Source: an uncultured Acidobacteriota bacterium (lineage in GTDB: Bacteria; Acidobacteriota; Thermoanaerobaculia; Multivoradales; UBA5704). Taken from it: a stretch of DNA of 64,000 bases. Shown here one piece after another: positions 30,203 through 40,760 of the stretch (positions are counted from its first letter, which is position 1; every line of letters begins with the position of its first letter). The notes beneath the pieces are model-generated. The model saw only the letters and a program-made list of their open reading frames with translations. It was not told where the DNA came from and made no database searches. Location: contig OY969474.1 in assembly GCA_963700145.1 (NCBI GenBank), positions 4,608,001-4,672,000 of the forward strand, in the 5' to 3' direction. A program made the translations under genes and the position numbers.

Positions 30203-31006
30203 TCAGCGGCGCCGGAGCAGCTCGGAGAGGTGGCGGGCGATCCAGCGCTCGGCGCGGGTGTGGTCGGGGAAGAGGCGCTCGCGCCGCCGGAACTCGGGCG
30301 TGTGGACGAGGCGCCGGCCGCCGCGCTCGACCGGCGGCAGGGCGGCGTGCAGCAGCTCGTGGAAGACGATCGAAGCGACGACCCAGCGGGGGACGGTCGG
30401 CGCGTCGAGGACCGGGTGGATGCGGACCAGGCGGAGGTCGTGGTCGTAGCTGCCGAGCTGGAGGGTCGGGCGGCGGGAGCGCCGGCGGCGCCCGCGGCCG
30501 GCGCGGCCATCGGCGTCGAGCGGGTCGCACGACGCGGCGCCGCGCCCCCAGGTGACGTCCACCCCGAGCTCGCCGCCGAAGTACTGCCGGTCGAGCTCGG
30601 TGCAGAGCGGGCGGAGGTCGAGGGTGCGCCCCTCCGGGCGGAGCGGGGCGCGCGGGCGCGGCGCCGGGGCGTCCCCACGGTGCGCCGCGAAGTGCCGGCG
30701 GAAGACGGCGAGGGCCTCCCGCGCCCGCGGGCTGCGGCGGCCGGCCTTGACCCAGGCCGCGACGGCGGCGAGCGCCTCGTCGGGGGCGGCGGCGAAGCAG
30801 CGGTGGAGGCGGAGCGCGTAGCTCGGCAATTCGCCCGGCAGGCGCCGCACCGAGAGCATGCGGCTGCGGGCGTCGGTCAGGACCAGCGCGGCGAGGCGGC
30901 CGCGGAAGAGACGGTTCAGGACGGCGAACAGCTCGTCGAAGCTCCGCGCCGGCGCGGCGCTCGCGGCCGTGTCGAACAGCCCGAGCTGCCGCGGATCGGC
31001 GCTCAA
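30203..31006 (-). CDS. SprT/YgjP-like zinc metalloprotease domain protein
   Basis: LGSY...IHPVLD...FHELLH...HTPEF; TTG start overlaps the ggt stop. Confidence 0.85.
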   Translation of the reverse strand: MSADPRQLGLFDTAASAAPARSFDELFAVLNRLFRGRLAALVLTDARSRMLSVRRLPGELPSYALRLHRCFAAAPDEALAAVAAWVKAGRRSPRAREALAVFRRHFAAHRGDAPAPRPRAPLRPEGRTLDLRPLCTELDRQYFGGELGVDVTWGRGAASCDPLDADGRAGRGRRRRSRRPTLQLGSYDHDLRLVRIHPVLDAPTVPRWVVASIVFHELLHAALPPVERGGRRLVHTPEFRRRERLFPDHTRAERWIARHLSELLRRR

Positions 31007-32736
31007 TAGCCTTCCGCCAGCCCTTCGCCGCGCGGGTCGGCGGCGCCGGTGAAGCGGAGCGGCCGGCCGCCGGCGCCGCGCTCGACGGTCAGCGCGTGGG
31101 CGTTGCCCAGCCGCGGCCGCGGCTCGACGCGATGGCCGCGGCGCGCCAGCTCCTCGCGCACCGCCAGCGGGATGCCCTCCTCGACGAGCAGCAGGTCGGG
31201 CTCGGCGAAGCTGACCCGCGGCGCGGCCAGGGCGCGGGCCACGTCCATGCCGAAGTCGAGGAGGTTCATCACCATCTGCGGCACGGTCTGGCCGATCGTG
31301 TGGCCGCCCGGGGTGCCGAGGGCGATCCAGGGGCGGCCGTCGCGCAGCACGAAGGTGGGGCAGTCGCCGGAGAGCTTGCGCCGGCCGGGGTGGGCGTCCA
31401 TCGGGTTGCCGGCCGGCTCGAAGGTGCAGTAGGCGAGGGAATTGTTGAGCCAGACGCCGGTGCCCGCCGGCATGATGCGGCTGCCGAAGAGGTTGCCGAG
31501 GGTCTGGGTGGCGGAGACGACGTTGCCGGCGGCGTCGGCGACGACGAAGTGCGTGGTGTGGGAGGCGGCGGCGCCCGCCGCCGCCTCGGGGTCGCCGCCC
31601 GGCGGCACGAACGGCTTGGCGCGCGCCGGGTCGATCCCCCGCGCCTGCTCCTCCCAGTAGGCCTCGGAGAGGAGGCGGGCGAGCGGCGGCGGGTCCACCT
31701 CCGGGTCGCCGGCATGGGCGAGGCGCACCCAGAAGCCGTGCTTCGTCGCCTCGGCGAAGCGGTGGAGGTGCTCGGCGCTGTTGTGCCCCAGGGCGGCGAC
31801 GTCGAAGCGGCTCATGATGCCGAGCCGCACCAGCATGTCGAAGCTGTTGGCCGGCGGCGAGGCGCTCACCACCTCGTGGCCGCGGTAGCGGATCGAGATC
31901 GGCTCCCACCACTCGGCGCGGTCGGCCTCGAGGTCGGCCAGGGCGAGGAAGCCGTCGGCCTCGCGCATCGCGCGGTCGATGGCCTGGGCGACGGCGCCGG
32001 AGTAGAAGACCTCCGGCCCGCCGGCGGCGATGGCCTCGAAGGTGCGCGCCAGGTCCTCCTGCACCAGCGGCTCGCCGGCGGCGAGCGGCTGCCCGCCGCG
32101 CCCGAAGACGGCGCGTGCCGGCTCCGACATCTCGGCGAAGGCGCCGGCGAGCGCCTCGGCGGTGCGCGCGCCGAGCGGGAAGCCGCCGCGCGCGGCACGG
32201 ACGGCGGGCGCGAAGAGGCGCGCCCAGGGGAGGGCGCCCCAGCGCTCCGACATCGCCTTCCAGGCGTGGAGGTTGCCGGGGGTGGAGACCGACTTGGCGC
32301 CGATCCGGTTCTCGAGGTAGCCAGGCGTCGGTGGGCGATAGTCGTCCGGGCGGACCCCGCGCGGGATGCGCCCGCTGGGGTTCAGGAACCAGGAGCGCCC
32401 CTCGCCGGCGTCGTAGACCAGGATCGTGCCGTACCCGCCGAGCCCGGACATCTCGGGCTCGACGACGTTGAGCGTGGCGGCGATGGCGACCGCGGCGTCG
32501 AAGGCGTTGCCGCCGGCCGCCAGCACCTCCAGCCCGGCCCGGGTGGCCAGCGGATGCGCCGAGCTGACCATGCCGCGGGATCCCACCGCCGGCGCCGCCG
32601 AGCCGGCCGGCGCCGCGGTGGCCGCGGGCCGGGTCGGAGGCGTTGCCGGTTCCGCCGGTGCCCCCTGCCGGCTCACCGGCGCACAGCGGATGGCCAAGGC
32701 CGTGCCGAGCAGGAGGGCGCTAGCGCGGAGGAACAC
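31003..32736 (-). CDS. ggt: Gamma-glutamyltransferase
   Basis: GGNAFDAAVA, SGLGG, catalytic HTTHFVV, GTPGG, AADPR. Confidence 0.95.
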   Translation of the reverse strand: MFLRASALLLGTALAIRCAPVSRQGAPAEPATPPTRPAATAAPAGSAAPAVGSRGMVSSAHPLATRAGLEVLAAGGNAFDAAVAIAATLNVVEPEMSGLGGYGTILVYDAGEGRSWFLNPSGRIPRGVRPDDYRPPTPGYLENRIGAKSVSTPGNLHAWKAMSERWGALPWARLFAPAVRAARGGFPLGARTAEALAGAFAEMSEPARAVFGRGGQPLAAGEPLVQEDLARTFEAIAAGGPEVFYSGAVAQAIDRAMREADGFLALADLEADRAEWWEPISIRYRGHEVVSASPPANSFDMLVRLGIMSRFDVAALGHNSAEHLHRFAEATKHGFWVRLAHAGDPEVDPPPLARLLSEAYWEEQARGIDPARAKPFVPPGGDPEAAAGAAASHTTHFVVADAAGNVVSATQTLGNLFGSRIMPAGTGVWLNNSLAYCTFEPAGNPMDAHPGRRKLSGDCPTFVLRDGRPWIALGTPGGHTIGQTVPQMVMNLLDFGMDVARALAAPRVSFAEPDLLLVEEGIPLAVREELARRGHRVEPRPRLGNAHALTVERGAGGRPLRFTGAADPRGEGLAEGY

Positions 32737-32857
32737 GCAAAAAATCTAGCATGCCGGTCGCGGACACCAATCACGGAACCTGCGCCCCTCCAACCTGGGC
32801 TTTGTTGAGGCCCCGGCGGAGATTGTCTTCGACATTGGGATGTAGTTTAATGGTCTC

Positions 32858-34198
32858 GTGGCTGCCATCCCGTTGCTGGACATTCTTCAAGACCAGAACC
32901 CCTGGTGGAGCCAACCAGGAGCCCGTCGGGCTTTGCGCTATCCCGTACGGCGGGACTTCCAGCTTCACCTCCGCGAGCGGCTGGGACGAGAAGATCGCCG
33001 TGCCGCGCTCGTTATGGGTCCTCGGCAGGTTGGCAAAACGATCGGGCTCCTACAGCTCGCCGACGATCTTCTCGATGCCGGACTGCCTCCCGCCAACCTC
33101 ACCTACTTTGACTTCTCCGACGACCGATTGACCGTGCCCGTGTCTGCTCGCGAAGTTGAGGGCATACGTCCTGTTGGTTTCCAGGTCGAGGCCCCTCGAG
33201 TCTTGTTGCTGGATGAAATCCGCTTTGCCCCCAACTGGGATCGCTGGCTGAAGCAGGCTGTGGACGCATCAGTCGGACGCATCGTCGCGACCGATTCTGC
33301 AGCGAGCATCCTTCGCGCGGGGACTCGCGAATCCGGCCAGGGACGCTGGGACGAGCTACGGATCGAGGGCCTCTCCTTCGCCGAGTTCGCGCGCCTGCAT
33401 GCCATCGCCGAGGAAGATGTCGAACAAGTCCTTCTGCGCCGGCCCACCCTCCATGAGCATTACTTGCGTGTGGGCGGGTTTCCGGAACACGCGTTTAGCG
33501 ATGCCTACGCCGAAGTCCGGCAGCGTCTTCGGGCCGATATTGCTGAGCGCGCGATCTTCCGGGATCTCTTGCCACTGGGCGTTGACCTGCAGCGCGTCAA
33601 GGACCTCTTTGTCTACCTGGTTCAGGATTCTGGGTCCGTGTTCGAGGCGGCCGTCCGCGCGCGCGACCTAACGCCTGTGGCGGACGTGCGTTCCGTACAG
33701 GCATGGGTCGACCTTCTGGAGACGACTCTCATGCTTGCGCCCTTGGATCGATTCGGCCTTCGTCCCGCTGCGAGGTTGCGCTCCGGCCGGCGGTTGTATG
33801 CAGCGGACCACGGCTTGATCCAGGCCTTCGCGGTCGCTCCGCGGCGTGACGTGCGAGTGCTGGCCCAAGTCACCGAAGCAGTCGTGTTCCGCCATCTCCG
33901 GGATCTGGCGCGGGACTCTGGAAGCGAGCTGTCGTACTACCGCAAGGACGATGAGCACGAGATCGACTTCGTGCTCTCCTCGGCGACTGATGTCATAGCA
34001 ATCGAGGTGACGAGCAGCCGTCGTCTCCGCTCCGAGAAGCTGAAGGAGCTGCGCAGAGCCCAAACGGCTTTGAGGCCGAAGGCGACCCTCCTGATCTTCG
34101 GTGGTGTTGTGGAGAGCTCGGAAGACGATATCCGGGTTCTTCCCTTGGCTAGTTTCCTCCGCGACCCGCGGAAAATCCTCGAAGGAGTTCGGACATGA
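32858..34198 (+). CDS. AAA_14-type ATPase with C-terminal DUF4143-like nuclease domain
   Basis: QNPWW, GPRQVGKT, LLDE, GGFPE, LYAADHGL, EIDFV...IEV; lower GC than flanks. Confidence 0.9.
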   Translation: MAAIPLLDILQDQNPWWSQPGARRALRYPVRRDFQLHLRERLGREDRRAALVMGPRQVGKTIGLLQLADDLLDAGLPPANLTYFDFSDDRLTVPVSAREVEGIRPVGFQVEAPRVLLLDEIRFAPNWDRWLKQAVDASVGRIVATDSAASILRAGTRESGQGRWDELRIEGLSFAEFARLHAIAEEDVEQVLLRRPTLHEHYLRVGGFPEHAFSDAYAEVRQRLRADIAERAIFRDLLPLGVDLQRVKDLFVYLVQDSGSVFEAAVRARDLTPVADVRSVQAWVDLLETTLMLAPLDRFGLRPAARLRSGRRLYAADHGLIQAFAVAPRRDVRVLAQVTEAVVFRHLRDLARDSGSELSYYRKDDEHEIDFVLSSATDVIAIEVTSSRRLRSEKLKELRRAQTALRPKATLLIFGGVVESSEDDIRVLPLASFLRDPRKILEGVRT

Positions 34199-35403
34199 CC
34201 AATCCCCTCGGTCAGCGCGAGAGTCAGACCTTGGAGTTCAAGGGCGAGGCAGCTCTTCAGGATCTCTCCACGATTGCTCGTGGGGTGGTCGCGATGCTCA
34301 ATTCAACAGGCGGCAAGGTGTGGGTGGGGGTCCGCGAGCAAGATCAAGTTGCCGTGCAGCTCGAGCCCATAACTGACGTTGAAGACAAAATCAGGCGCCT
34401 GCATGACCACCTGATCGACACGATCGAGCCCTCGCCGGCCGAAGACGAGGTTGCTGTGCAGCGAGCCGAGGGCGATGTCATTAGAATTGACGTTCGTCCT
34501 CACAGGACTCAAAAACCATATGCATATTCCCGCAGCTCGGGAAGACTCTTCGTGACACGAGTTGGAAATCGACTTCGCCCGCTAGCACGGGAGGAGGTGG
34601 CCGATTTATTCAGAGGTAGTGGAGATGCAGGGACGTCGGGCAAAAAAACTAGATCCATTATCGAGAAGGTCAATGCGGACCTTCAGCAGGCAGTTGAGAA
34701 GGTTCCCAATGCGCATCACGACCTGTTTTGGCTGCGCCTTCAACCGATCGATGATCTCGAGTTGGACTTCGCTCGCCTGCGCCGCAGCGAGCTGCTGACC
34801 GATCCCGCTCGAGCCCAGGTCGAGGGTTTCACCGGGAATTTCACGAATGCCTATGTGTTAGGTGGACGAGCTCCTCAGCTGGTGGGCGGCAATTTGACCG
34901 TTGGCAAGGAAGGTGTGTATTGGCTTGCTGTCCAGCGTGACGGCGGATTACTCTTTACCGCCCCGCTCGCAAGCTTTGGAGCTAACCCAATCCAACCCGG
35001 AGAGCCGCTCCTGCATCCACTTTATCTCCTAGAGTACTCTGTTTCGATGCTGAGACTAGTTGCCGCCATGAATGCCGCGCATGAAATCTGGAAATTACCT
35101 GAGCGTCTTCCTTCGGCCTATGTAGCGCACATGGCGCTTTTCGGGCTTGGTGGCTGGAGCCTACTACCCGGAACACCCGGGACCGTTTCGTACAGCGGGC
35201 GTAGCGTTGGCGGTCAATTTGCCGGAGACGACCTCATCCTGGATAAGCCGCTCGTATTTAGCGCCGAAGAGATTCATGACGCTGCCGACCGCTGCGCGTT
35301 TCGACTTGTGGCACGTGTCTACGCCTCGTTCGGGTTCCTGGAGGACGCTATCCCTCGTCAGTTTGATCGTAAGGCCGGCCAGTACATCCCCGACCGGAAC
35401 TAG
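34195..35403 (+). CDS. AlbA_2/Schlafen-domain protein
   Basis: RESQTLEFK, VAMLNSTGG..WVGV, RVG; ATGA overlap with the ATPase. Confidence 0.85.
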   Translation: MTNPLGQRESQTLEFKGEAALQDLSTIARGVVAMLNSTGGKVWVGVREQDQVAVQLEPITDVEDKIRRLHDHLIDTIEPSPAEDEVAVQRAEGDVIRIDVRPHRTQKPYAYSRSSGRLFVTRVGNRLRPLAREEVADLFRGSGDAGTSGKKTRSIIEKVNADLQQAVEKVPNAHHDLFWLRLQPIDDLELDFARLRRSELLTDPARAQVEGFTGNFTNAYVLGGRAPQLVGGNLTVGKEGVYWLAVQRDGGLLFTAPLASFGANPIQPGEPLLHPLYLLEYSVSMLRLVAAMNAAHEIWKLPERLPSAYVAHMALFGLGGWSLLPGTPGTVSYSGRSVGGQFAGDDLILDKPLVFSAEEIHDAADRCAFRLVARVYASFGFLEDAIPRQFDRKAGQYIPDRN

Positions 35404-35623
35404 GCACTCGTGGCCGGCTCAAGCGTCAGGCGTCGCCTACCGGGTCCACGAGATCCTCTTCGCGGAGTGCTTCCGAGCAGGAGCCGACCTCAGCAAACGA
35501 CACGGCATCGACAGGATTGCCGCGCTTGATCGCGGTCATGATCTCATGACTAATAGCCCGCCTTAAGGAACTTGGCCCAATGCCTCCTCGTACATAGTGC
35601 CGCCTGCTCTATGATCCCGCCCC

Positions 35624-37072
35624 ATGCTGCGGCTGGAGACGGAGGCGCGGCAGGCGCTCTGGGGCCGCCTCGTCGCGGCCATCGAGGGGTATGCCGAGGG
35701 GGTGGACGACCTGCCGGTGGCGCCGCCGGCCGACTTGGGCGAGCTGCGGCGCCTCCTCGCGCCGTTCGACTTCGCGCGGCCGCTCGACCCCGAGGCGGCG
35801 CTCGACTTCGCGGTCGCCGGGCTCACCCGCCACCAGGTCCACACCCCGCACCCGCGCTACTTCGGGCTCTTCAACCCGGCGCCGACGACGATGGGCATCG
35901 CCGCCGACGCCCTGGTCGCGGCCTGGAACCCGCAGCTCGCCGCCTGGAGCCACAACCCCTTCGCCGCCGAGGTCGAGCAGCACCTGCTGCGCGCCCTGGC
36001 CGGCCGCTTCGGCTACGACCCGGCGCGCGCCGAGGGGACCTTCTGCTCGGGCGGCGCCGAGGCCAACCACACCGCCCTCCTCGTCGCCCTCCAGCGCGCC
36101 TTCCCCGAGGCCGGGCGGCGCGGCCTCCTCGCCCTCCGCAGCCAGCCGCTCGTCTACGTCTCGGCCGAGGCCCACCACTCCTTCGCTAAGGCGGCGCGGC
36201 TCTCGGGCCTGGGGACCGAGGCGGTGCGCGAGGTCGCGCTCGACGAGCGGCAGCGGCTGAGCGTCGGCGACCTCCGGCGGCGGCTCGCCGCGGACCGCGG
36301 GGCCGGGCACACGCCGTTCCTGGTCGTCGCCACCGCCGGCACCACCAGCGCCGGCATCATCGACCCGATCGCCGAGCTGGCCGAGGTGGCGGACGAGGAG
36401 GGGCTCTGGCTGCACGTCGACGCCGCCTGGGGGGGCGCGGCGGCGCTGGTGCCCGAGCTGCGGCCGGCGCTCGCCGGCATCGAGCGCGCCGACTCGATCA
36501 CGATCGACGCCCACAAGTGGCTGTCGGTGCCAATGGCGGCGGGCATCTACCTCCACCGCCACCCCGGCTTCCTCGAGCGCACCTTCCGCGTCGCCGCCGC
36601 CGGCTACATGCCGCGCGCCGCCGCCGGCGTGGCGGTGGCCGACCCCTACGCCCACAGCATGCAGTGGTCGCGGCGCTTCATCGGCCTGAAGCTCTTCCTG
36701 TCGCTGGCGGTCGCCGGCTGGGAGGGGTACGAGACCGCGATCCGCGAGCAGACGCGGCTCGGGCAGCGGCTGCGCGCCCTCCTCGCCGCCGACGGCTGGG
36801 AGGTCGTCAACGACACGCCGCTGCCACTGGTCTGTTTCGTCGACGGCCGCGGCCCCGAGGGGCGGACGGCCGAGGCCCTCGAGGAGGTGGCGGCGGCGGT
36901 CGTCGGCTCCGGCGCGGCCTGGATCAACGTCGTGCGCCTGGGCGAGATCGGCCCGGCGCTCCGCGCCTGCATCACCAACTACCGCACCCGGGAGAGCGAC
37001 CTCGAGGCCCTCGTCCGGGCGCTTGCCCGGGCCCGGGAGCTGTCCCACAATGTCGGCGCACGGCACTCTTGA
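35624..37072 (+). CDS. Group II PLP-dependent amino-acid decarboxylase
   Basis: [36 protein letters not shown]. Confidence 0.93.
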   Translation: MLRLETEARQALWGRLVAAIEGYAEGVDDLPVAPPADLGELRRLLAPFDFARPLDPEAALDFAVAGLTRHQVHTPHPRYFGLFNPAPTTMGIAADALVAAWNPQLAAWSHNPFAAEVEQHLLRALAGRFGYDPARAEGTFCSGGAEANHTALLVALQRAFPEAGRRGLLALRSQPLVYVSAEAHHSFAKAARLSGLGTEAVREVALDERQRLSVGDLRRRLAADRGAGHTPFLVVATAGTTSAGIIDPIAELAEVADEEGLWLHVDAAWGGAAALVPELRPALAGIERADSITIDAHKWLSVPMAAGIYLHRHPGFLERTFRVAAAGYMPRAAAGVAVADPYAHSMQWSRRFIGLKLFLSLAVAGWEGYETAIREQTRLGQRLRALLAADGWEVVNDTPLPLVCFVDGRGPEGRTAEALEEVAAAVVGSGAAWINVVRLGEIGPALRACITNYRTRESDLEALVRALARARELSHNVGARHS

Positions 37073-37095
37073 AGTGGAAACTAAGGAGATCCGTC

Positions 37096-37344
37096 ATGGC
37101 CTGGGACGACGAGAGGGAGGACACCACGATCTACAAGGTCGTGATGAACCACGAGGAGCAGTACTCGATCTGGCCCGCCCACCGCGAGAACCCGCTGGGC
37201 TGGAACGACGTCGGGAAGTCCGGCACCAAGCAGGAGTGCCTCGACTACATCAAGGAAGTCTGGACCGACATGCGGCCGCTGTCGCTGCGCAAGAAGATGG
37301 AGGAGATGGAGCGGCAGCGCCAGACGGAGCAGCCGAGCAACTGA
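37096..37344 (+). CDS. mbtH: MbtH-like protein
   Basis: [10 protein letters not shown]...P.GW...[15 protein letters not shown]; AAGGAG RBS. Confidence 0.97.
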   Translation: MAWDDEREDTTIYKVVMNHEEQYSIWPAHRENPLGWNDVGKSGTKQECLDYIKEVWTDMRPLSLRKKMEEMERQRQTEQPSN

Positions 37345-38111
37345 GCCGCGCCACCCCCTGGCTCGCCTACCGGGAGATCGACCCGCGGGCGCGCCTCCGC
37401 CTCTTCTGCTTCCCCTATGCCGGCGGCGGGGCCTCGGCCTACCGCGCCTGGGGCGCGGCGCTCCCCGCCGGCATCGAGGTCTGCCCCGTCCAGCTCCCCG
37501 GCCGCGAGGGCCGGCTGCGAGAGGCGCCGTTCACGCGGATGGAGCCGCTGGTCGAGGCGCTCGCCGGCGCGCTGCCGCTCGCCGACCTCCCCTTCGCCTT
37601 CTTCGGCCACAGCCTCGGGGCGCTCATCGCCTACGAGCTGGCGCGCGCCCTCCGCCGCCGCGGCGGCCCCGAGCCGCTCGCCCTCCTCCTCTCCGGTCGC
37701 CGCGGCCCGCGCGTGCCGCCGCGCGAGGAGCCGATCCACGCGCTGCCGGAGGCGGAGTTCATGGCCCGCCTGCGCGAGCTCAACGGCACGCCGGAGGAGG
37801 TGCTCGAGCACGGCGAGCTGATGGCGCTGCTCCTGCCTCTCCTGCGCGCCGACTTCGCCCTGCACGAGACCTGGGAGCTCCGGCCGGAGGAGCCGCTCGG
37901 GATCGGCATCTCCGCCTTCGGCGGCCTCGCCGACCCCGAGGTCACCCGCGAGGACCTGGAGGACTGGCGCGGCGAGACGCGCGGCCGCTTCCGCCTCCGC
38001 ATGCTGCCCGGCGACCACTTCTTCCTCCACTCGGAGCGGGCGCTGCTCATCGAGGCGGTGGCGCGCGACCTCTTCGAGCTGGCGCCGCTGCCCGCCGCGG
38101 CGCCCCCTTGA
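37341..38111 (+). CDS. Type II thioesterase
   Basis: [32 protein letters not shown]; probable CTG start overlapping the mbtH stop. Confidence 0.92.
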   Translation: MSRATPWLAYREIDPRARLRLFCFPYAGGGASAYRAWGAALPAGIEVCPVQLPGREGRLREAPFTRMEPLVEALAGALPLADLPFAFFGHSLGALIAYELARALRRRGGPEPLALLLSGRRGPRVPPREEPIHALPEAEFMARLRELNGTPEEVLEHGELMALLLPLLRADFALHETWELRPEEPLGIGISAFGGLADPEVTREDLEDWRGETRGRFRLRMLPGDHFFLHSERALLIEAVARDLFELAPLPAAAPP

Positions 38112-38857
38112 CCGCCTTCGCGCCGCGCGCCGCCGGCGCGCCGCTCGAGCTGCCGCCGGGCGAGGTCCACGTCTGGGCGGCGCGCCTCGACCCGCCGCCC
38201 GAGCGGGTGGCGGCGCTGCGCTCGACCCTCGCCGCCGACGAGCGGGCGCGCGCCGACCGCTTCCGCTTCGAGGTCCACCGCCGCCGCTTCGCCGTCGGCC
38301 GCGGCCTGCTGCGCGAGCTGCTCGGCGCCTACCTGGGCGCCTCCCCCGAGCGGCTCGCCTTCGTCTACGGCGAGCGCGGCAAGCCCGACCTCGCCCCCGC
38401 CACCGCGCGCCCCGGCGCGCCGCTCCACTTCAACCTCTCCCACTCGCACGAGCTGGCGGTCCTGGCGGTGACCCGCGAGCGCGAGATCGGTGCCGACGTC
38501 GAGCAGCTCAAGCCGATGGACGACCTCGAGCGGATCGCCGAGCGCTTCTTCTCGGCGCCGGAGAACGCGGCGCTGCGCGGGCTGCCGGCGGCGGAGCGGC
38601 AGCGCGCCTTCTTCCGCTGCTGGACGCGGAAGGAGGCGTATCTCAAGGCCGTGGGGGTCGGGCTGGCGGCGCCGCTCGACTCGTTCGTGGTGACGCTGGG
38701 GCCGGAGGAGCCGCCGCGGATGCTGTCGCTCGAAGAGGACGCGGCGCGCGGCGAGCGCTGGAACCTCTGGCACCTCGAGCCGGAGGAGGGCTACTTCGGG
38801 GCGGTGGCGGTCGAGGCGGCGGGGCTCGTGCTCCGCGCCTGGAAGATGGTGACCTGA
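38108..38857 (+). CDS. Sfp-type 4'-phosphopantetheinyl transferase
   Basis: GKP, FNLSHS, IGADVE, WTRKEAYLKA.G.GL. Confidence 0.96.
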   Translation: MTAFAPRAAGAPLELPPGEVHVWAARLDPPPERVAALRSTLAADERARADRFRFEVHRRRFAVGRGLLRELLGAYLGASPERLAFVYGERGKPDLAPATARPGAPLHFNLSHSHELAVLAVTREREIGADVEQLKPMDDLERIAERFFSAPENAALRGLPAAERQRAFFRCWTRKEAYLKAVGVGLAAPLDSFVVTLGPEEPPRMLSLEEDAARGERWNLWHLEPEEGYFGAVAVEAAGLVLRAWKMVT

Positions 38858-40686
38858 GGCCGGCCCAGCCAGGCGTCGAGGCGCGCGGTCTGCTCGAGCG
38901 TGGCGTTGGGGTCGACCTCCAGCCGCCAGCGCTCGGGCGGCTTCTCGCCGAGCACCACGGCGAGCGGGATCAGCCGCTCGCGGCGGGCGACCAGGAGCTC
39001 GGTCTTGTCCCCCGGCCGGAACGCCTTGAGCCGCTCCTCGAGCTTCTCCGGCGGCACGCGGTAGCCGCCCAGGGCGAGGATCTCGTCCTCGACGTTGACG
39101 CCGGCGGCGTGCCCCGGGGTGCCGCGCTTGACCTCGGTGACCAGGAGGCGCCCGTCCCGCACCTCGACCTCCACCCCCAGCCACCCCGCCGGCTCCTCGG
39201 GCTCGGCCTCCTCCTTCTTCCACTTCGAGTCCTTGAACCGCAGGCCGTACCAGGCGAGGGCCTCGCGGTAGTCGAGCTCGGCGGGGCTGGACACCGCCTG
39301 TCCCAGCCACGCCTCCTGCGGCCCGCCCGCCACCTCTGAGATCAGCGCCAGGAACTCCTCGTGGCGGTAGCCGTGGGGCGCCCCCGCCCAGCGGGCCCAG
39401 GCGCGCCGCATGACGTCGTCGAGGCTGGCCTTCCCGGCCGAGACCATGCGGATGCGGGCGTCGAGCAGGAACCCGACGAGCGACCCCTTGAGGTAGTAGC
39501 TGACCGTGGCGTTAGGGGAGTTCTCGTCGCGGCGGTAGTGCTTGATCCAGGCGTCGAACGAGGCCTCGTCGAGCGGCTGCACCAGCCGGCCCGGCTGCGT
39601 CTGCAGCCGCTCGATGTCGCGCGACAGGCGCTTGAGGTACTCGTCGCGCGTCGAGAGCCCGGCGCGGTGCACCAGGAGGTCGTCGTAGTAGGCGGTCAGC
39701 CCCTCGGCGATCCACAGGCTCGGGGTGTAGACCTCGGTCTCGTAGTCGAACGGCGGCTCCAGCTCGCGCGGCCGCAGCCGCTTGACGTTCCAGGCATGGA
39801 AGAGCTCGTGGCTGGCGAGGGCCAGCCAGTCGAGCCACCCCTCGCGGGTGCGCGCCTTCCAGCGGCTGGTCATGACGGTGAACGACTCGGCGTGCTCGAG
39901 CCCGCCCGTGCCCTCGACGATCAGGTTGAGGAAGACGAAGCGGTCGTACGGGAGGTTGCCCCAGAAGGCCATCTGCTCGCGCACCAGCCGCTCCAGCTCG
40001 GAGGCCGAGCGGGGGCCGTCCCAGACCCCGCCCTCCCCCTCGTTGGCCAGCAGGTGGCTGCGCCCGCCGACCTCGAAGCGGTGGAGGGCGGGGTTGCCGA
40101 GGAGGATGGGGGCGTCGACGAGGGCGTCGTAGTCGTCCGCGCGGTAGCGGTTGGGGCCGCCGACCGGCTCGAGAGCGGTCACCACCGACGCCCACTGCGG
40201 CGCCGGCTCGATCTCGACGAAGTGGGTGCGCTGGCGGTCGGCGGCGACGGTCAAGAAGGTCGCGGCGCCGTTCAAGAAGGCGAAGTCGCGCTCGATGAAG
40301 TTGCCGCGCACCGTCAGCTCCCGCCCGTAGAGACGGTAGCGGACGGCGATCAGCGGCCGCCCGCCGGCGATCACCCGCCAGCGGCTCTTGGACGTCTTCT
40401 CGATCTCCAGCGGGAACCCTTCGGGCGTCGCGGCGGCGATCTGCTCGACGTTGCGCTCGTACTCGCGGACCAGGTAGGAGCCCGGGGTCCACACCGGCAT
40501 CATCAGCTCGAGGTGATTGACGCGGCCGGTGGGGATCAGCGCCTCGACCTCGACGGTGTGCGACTCCGGGCTCGGGAAGCGGAGGGTGTAGGTGATCGGC
40601 TCGGGCAGGGCGAGCGCGTGCCCGGCGGCCGTCGAGGCGCCGGCGAGCAGGAGGAAGGCGGCGAGGGGGAGGAGGCTGCGGCGCAT
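38791..40686 (-). CDS. M61 family metallopeptidase with PDZ domain
   Basis: PVWTPGSY, GGLEH, HELFHAWN, EGLTAYY, SYYLKG; 3' end overlaps the PPTase gene. Confidence 0.93.
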   Translation of the reverse strand: MRRSLLPLAAFLLLAGASTAAGHALALPEPITYTLRFPSPESHTVEVEALIPTGRVNHLELMMPVWTPGSYLVREYERNVEQIAAATPEGFPLEIEKTSKSRWRVIAGGRPLIAVRYRLYGRELTVRGNFIERDFAFLNGAATFLTVAADRQRTHFVEIEPAPQWASVVTALEPVGGPNRYRADDYDALVDAPILLGNPALHRFEVGGRSHLLANEGEGGVWDGPRSASELERLVREQMAFWGNLPYDRFVFLNLIVEGTGGLEHAESFTVMTSRWKARTREGWLDWLALASHELFHAWNVKRLRPRELEPPFDYETEVYTPSLWIAEGLTAYYDDLLVHRAGLSTRDEYLKRLSRDIERLQTQPGRLVQPLDEASFDAWIKHYRRDENSPNATVSYYLKGSLVGFLLDARIRMVSAGKASLDDVMRRAWARWAGAPHGYRHEEFLALISEVAGGPQEAWLGQAVSSPAELDYREALAWYGLRFKDSKWKKEEAEPEEPAGWLGVEVEVRDGRLLVTEVKRGTPGHAAGVNVEDEILALGGYRVPPEKLEERLKAFRPGDKTELLVARRERLIPLAVVLGEKPPERWRLEVDPNATLEQTARLDAWLGRPQVTIFQARSTSPAASTATAPK

Positions 40687-40760
40687 CCATCCGGGAGCGC
40701 GTGCCACCGCACGCGCGAGAGCGACGGAGTCAGCGGCAGACCATAGCAGATCGCCCGCAG

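Noticed and set aside
26147-30678. Apparent long N-terminal extensions on the permeases (also egtD, nitrilase, ABC permease)
   Set aside because: The ORF caller extended through stop-poor frames; real starts lie downstream at RBS or overlap positions.
35404-35620. Possible gene remnant or att site at the right edge of the lower-GC islet
   Set aside because: No start, recognisable motif or direct repeat matching the left edge was seen.
38791-38857. 67-bp convergent overlap of PPTase and M61 peptidase genes
   Set aside because: Most simply stop-codon drift, common in high-GC genomes.
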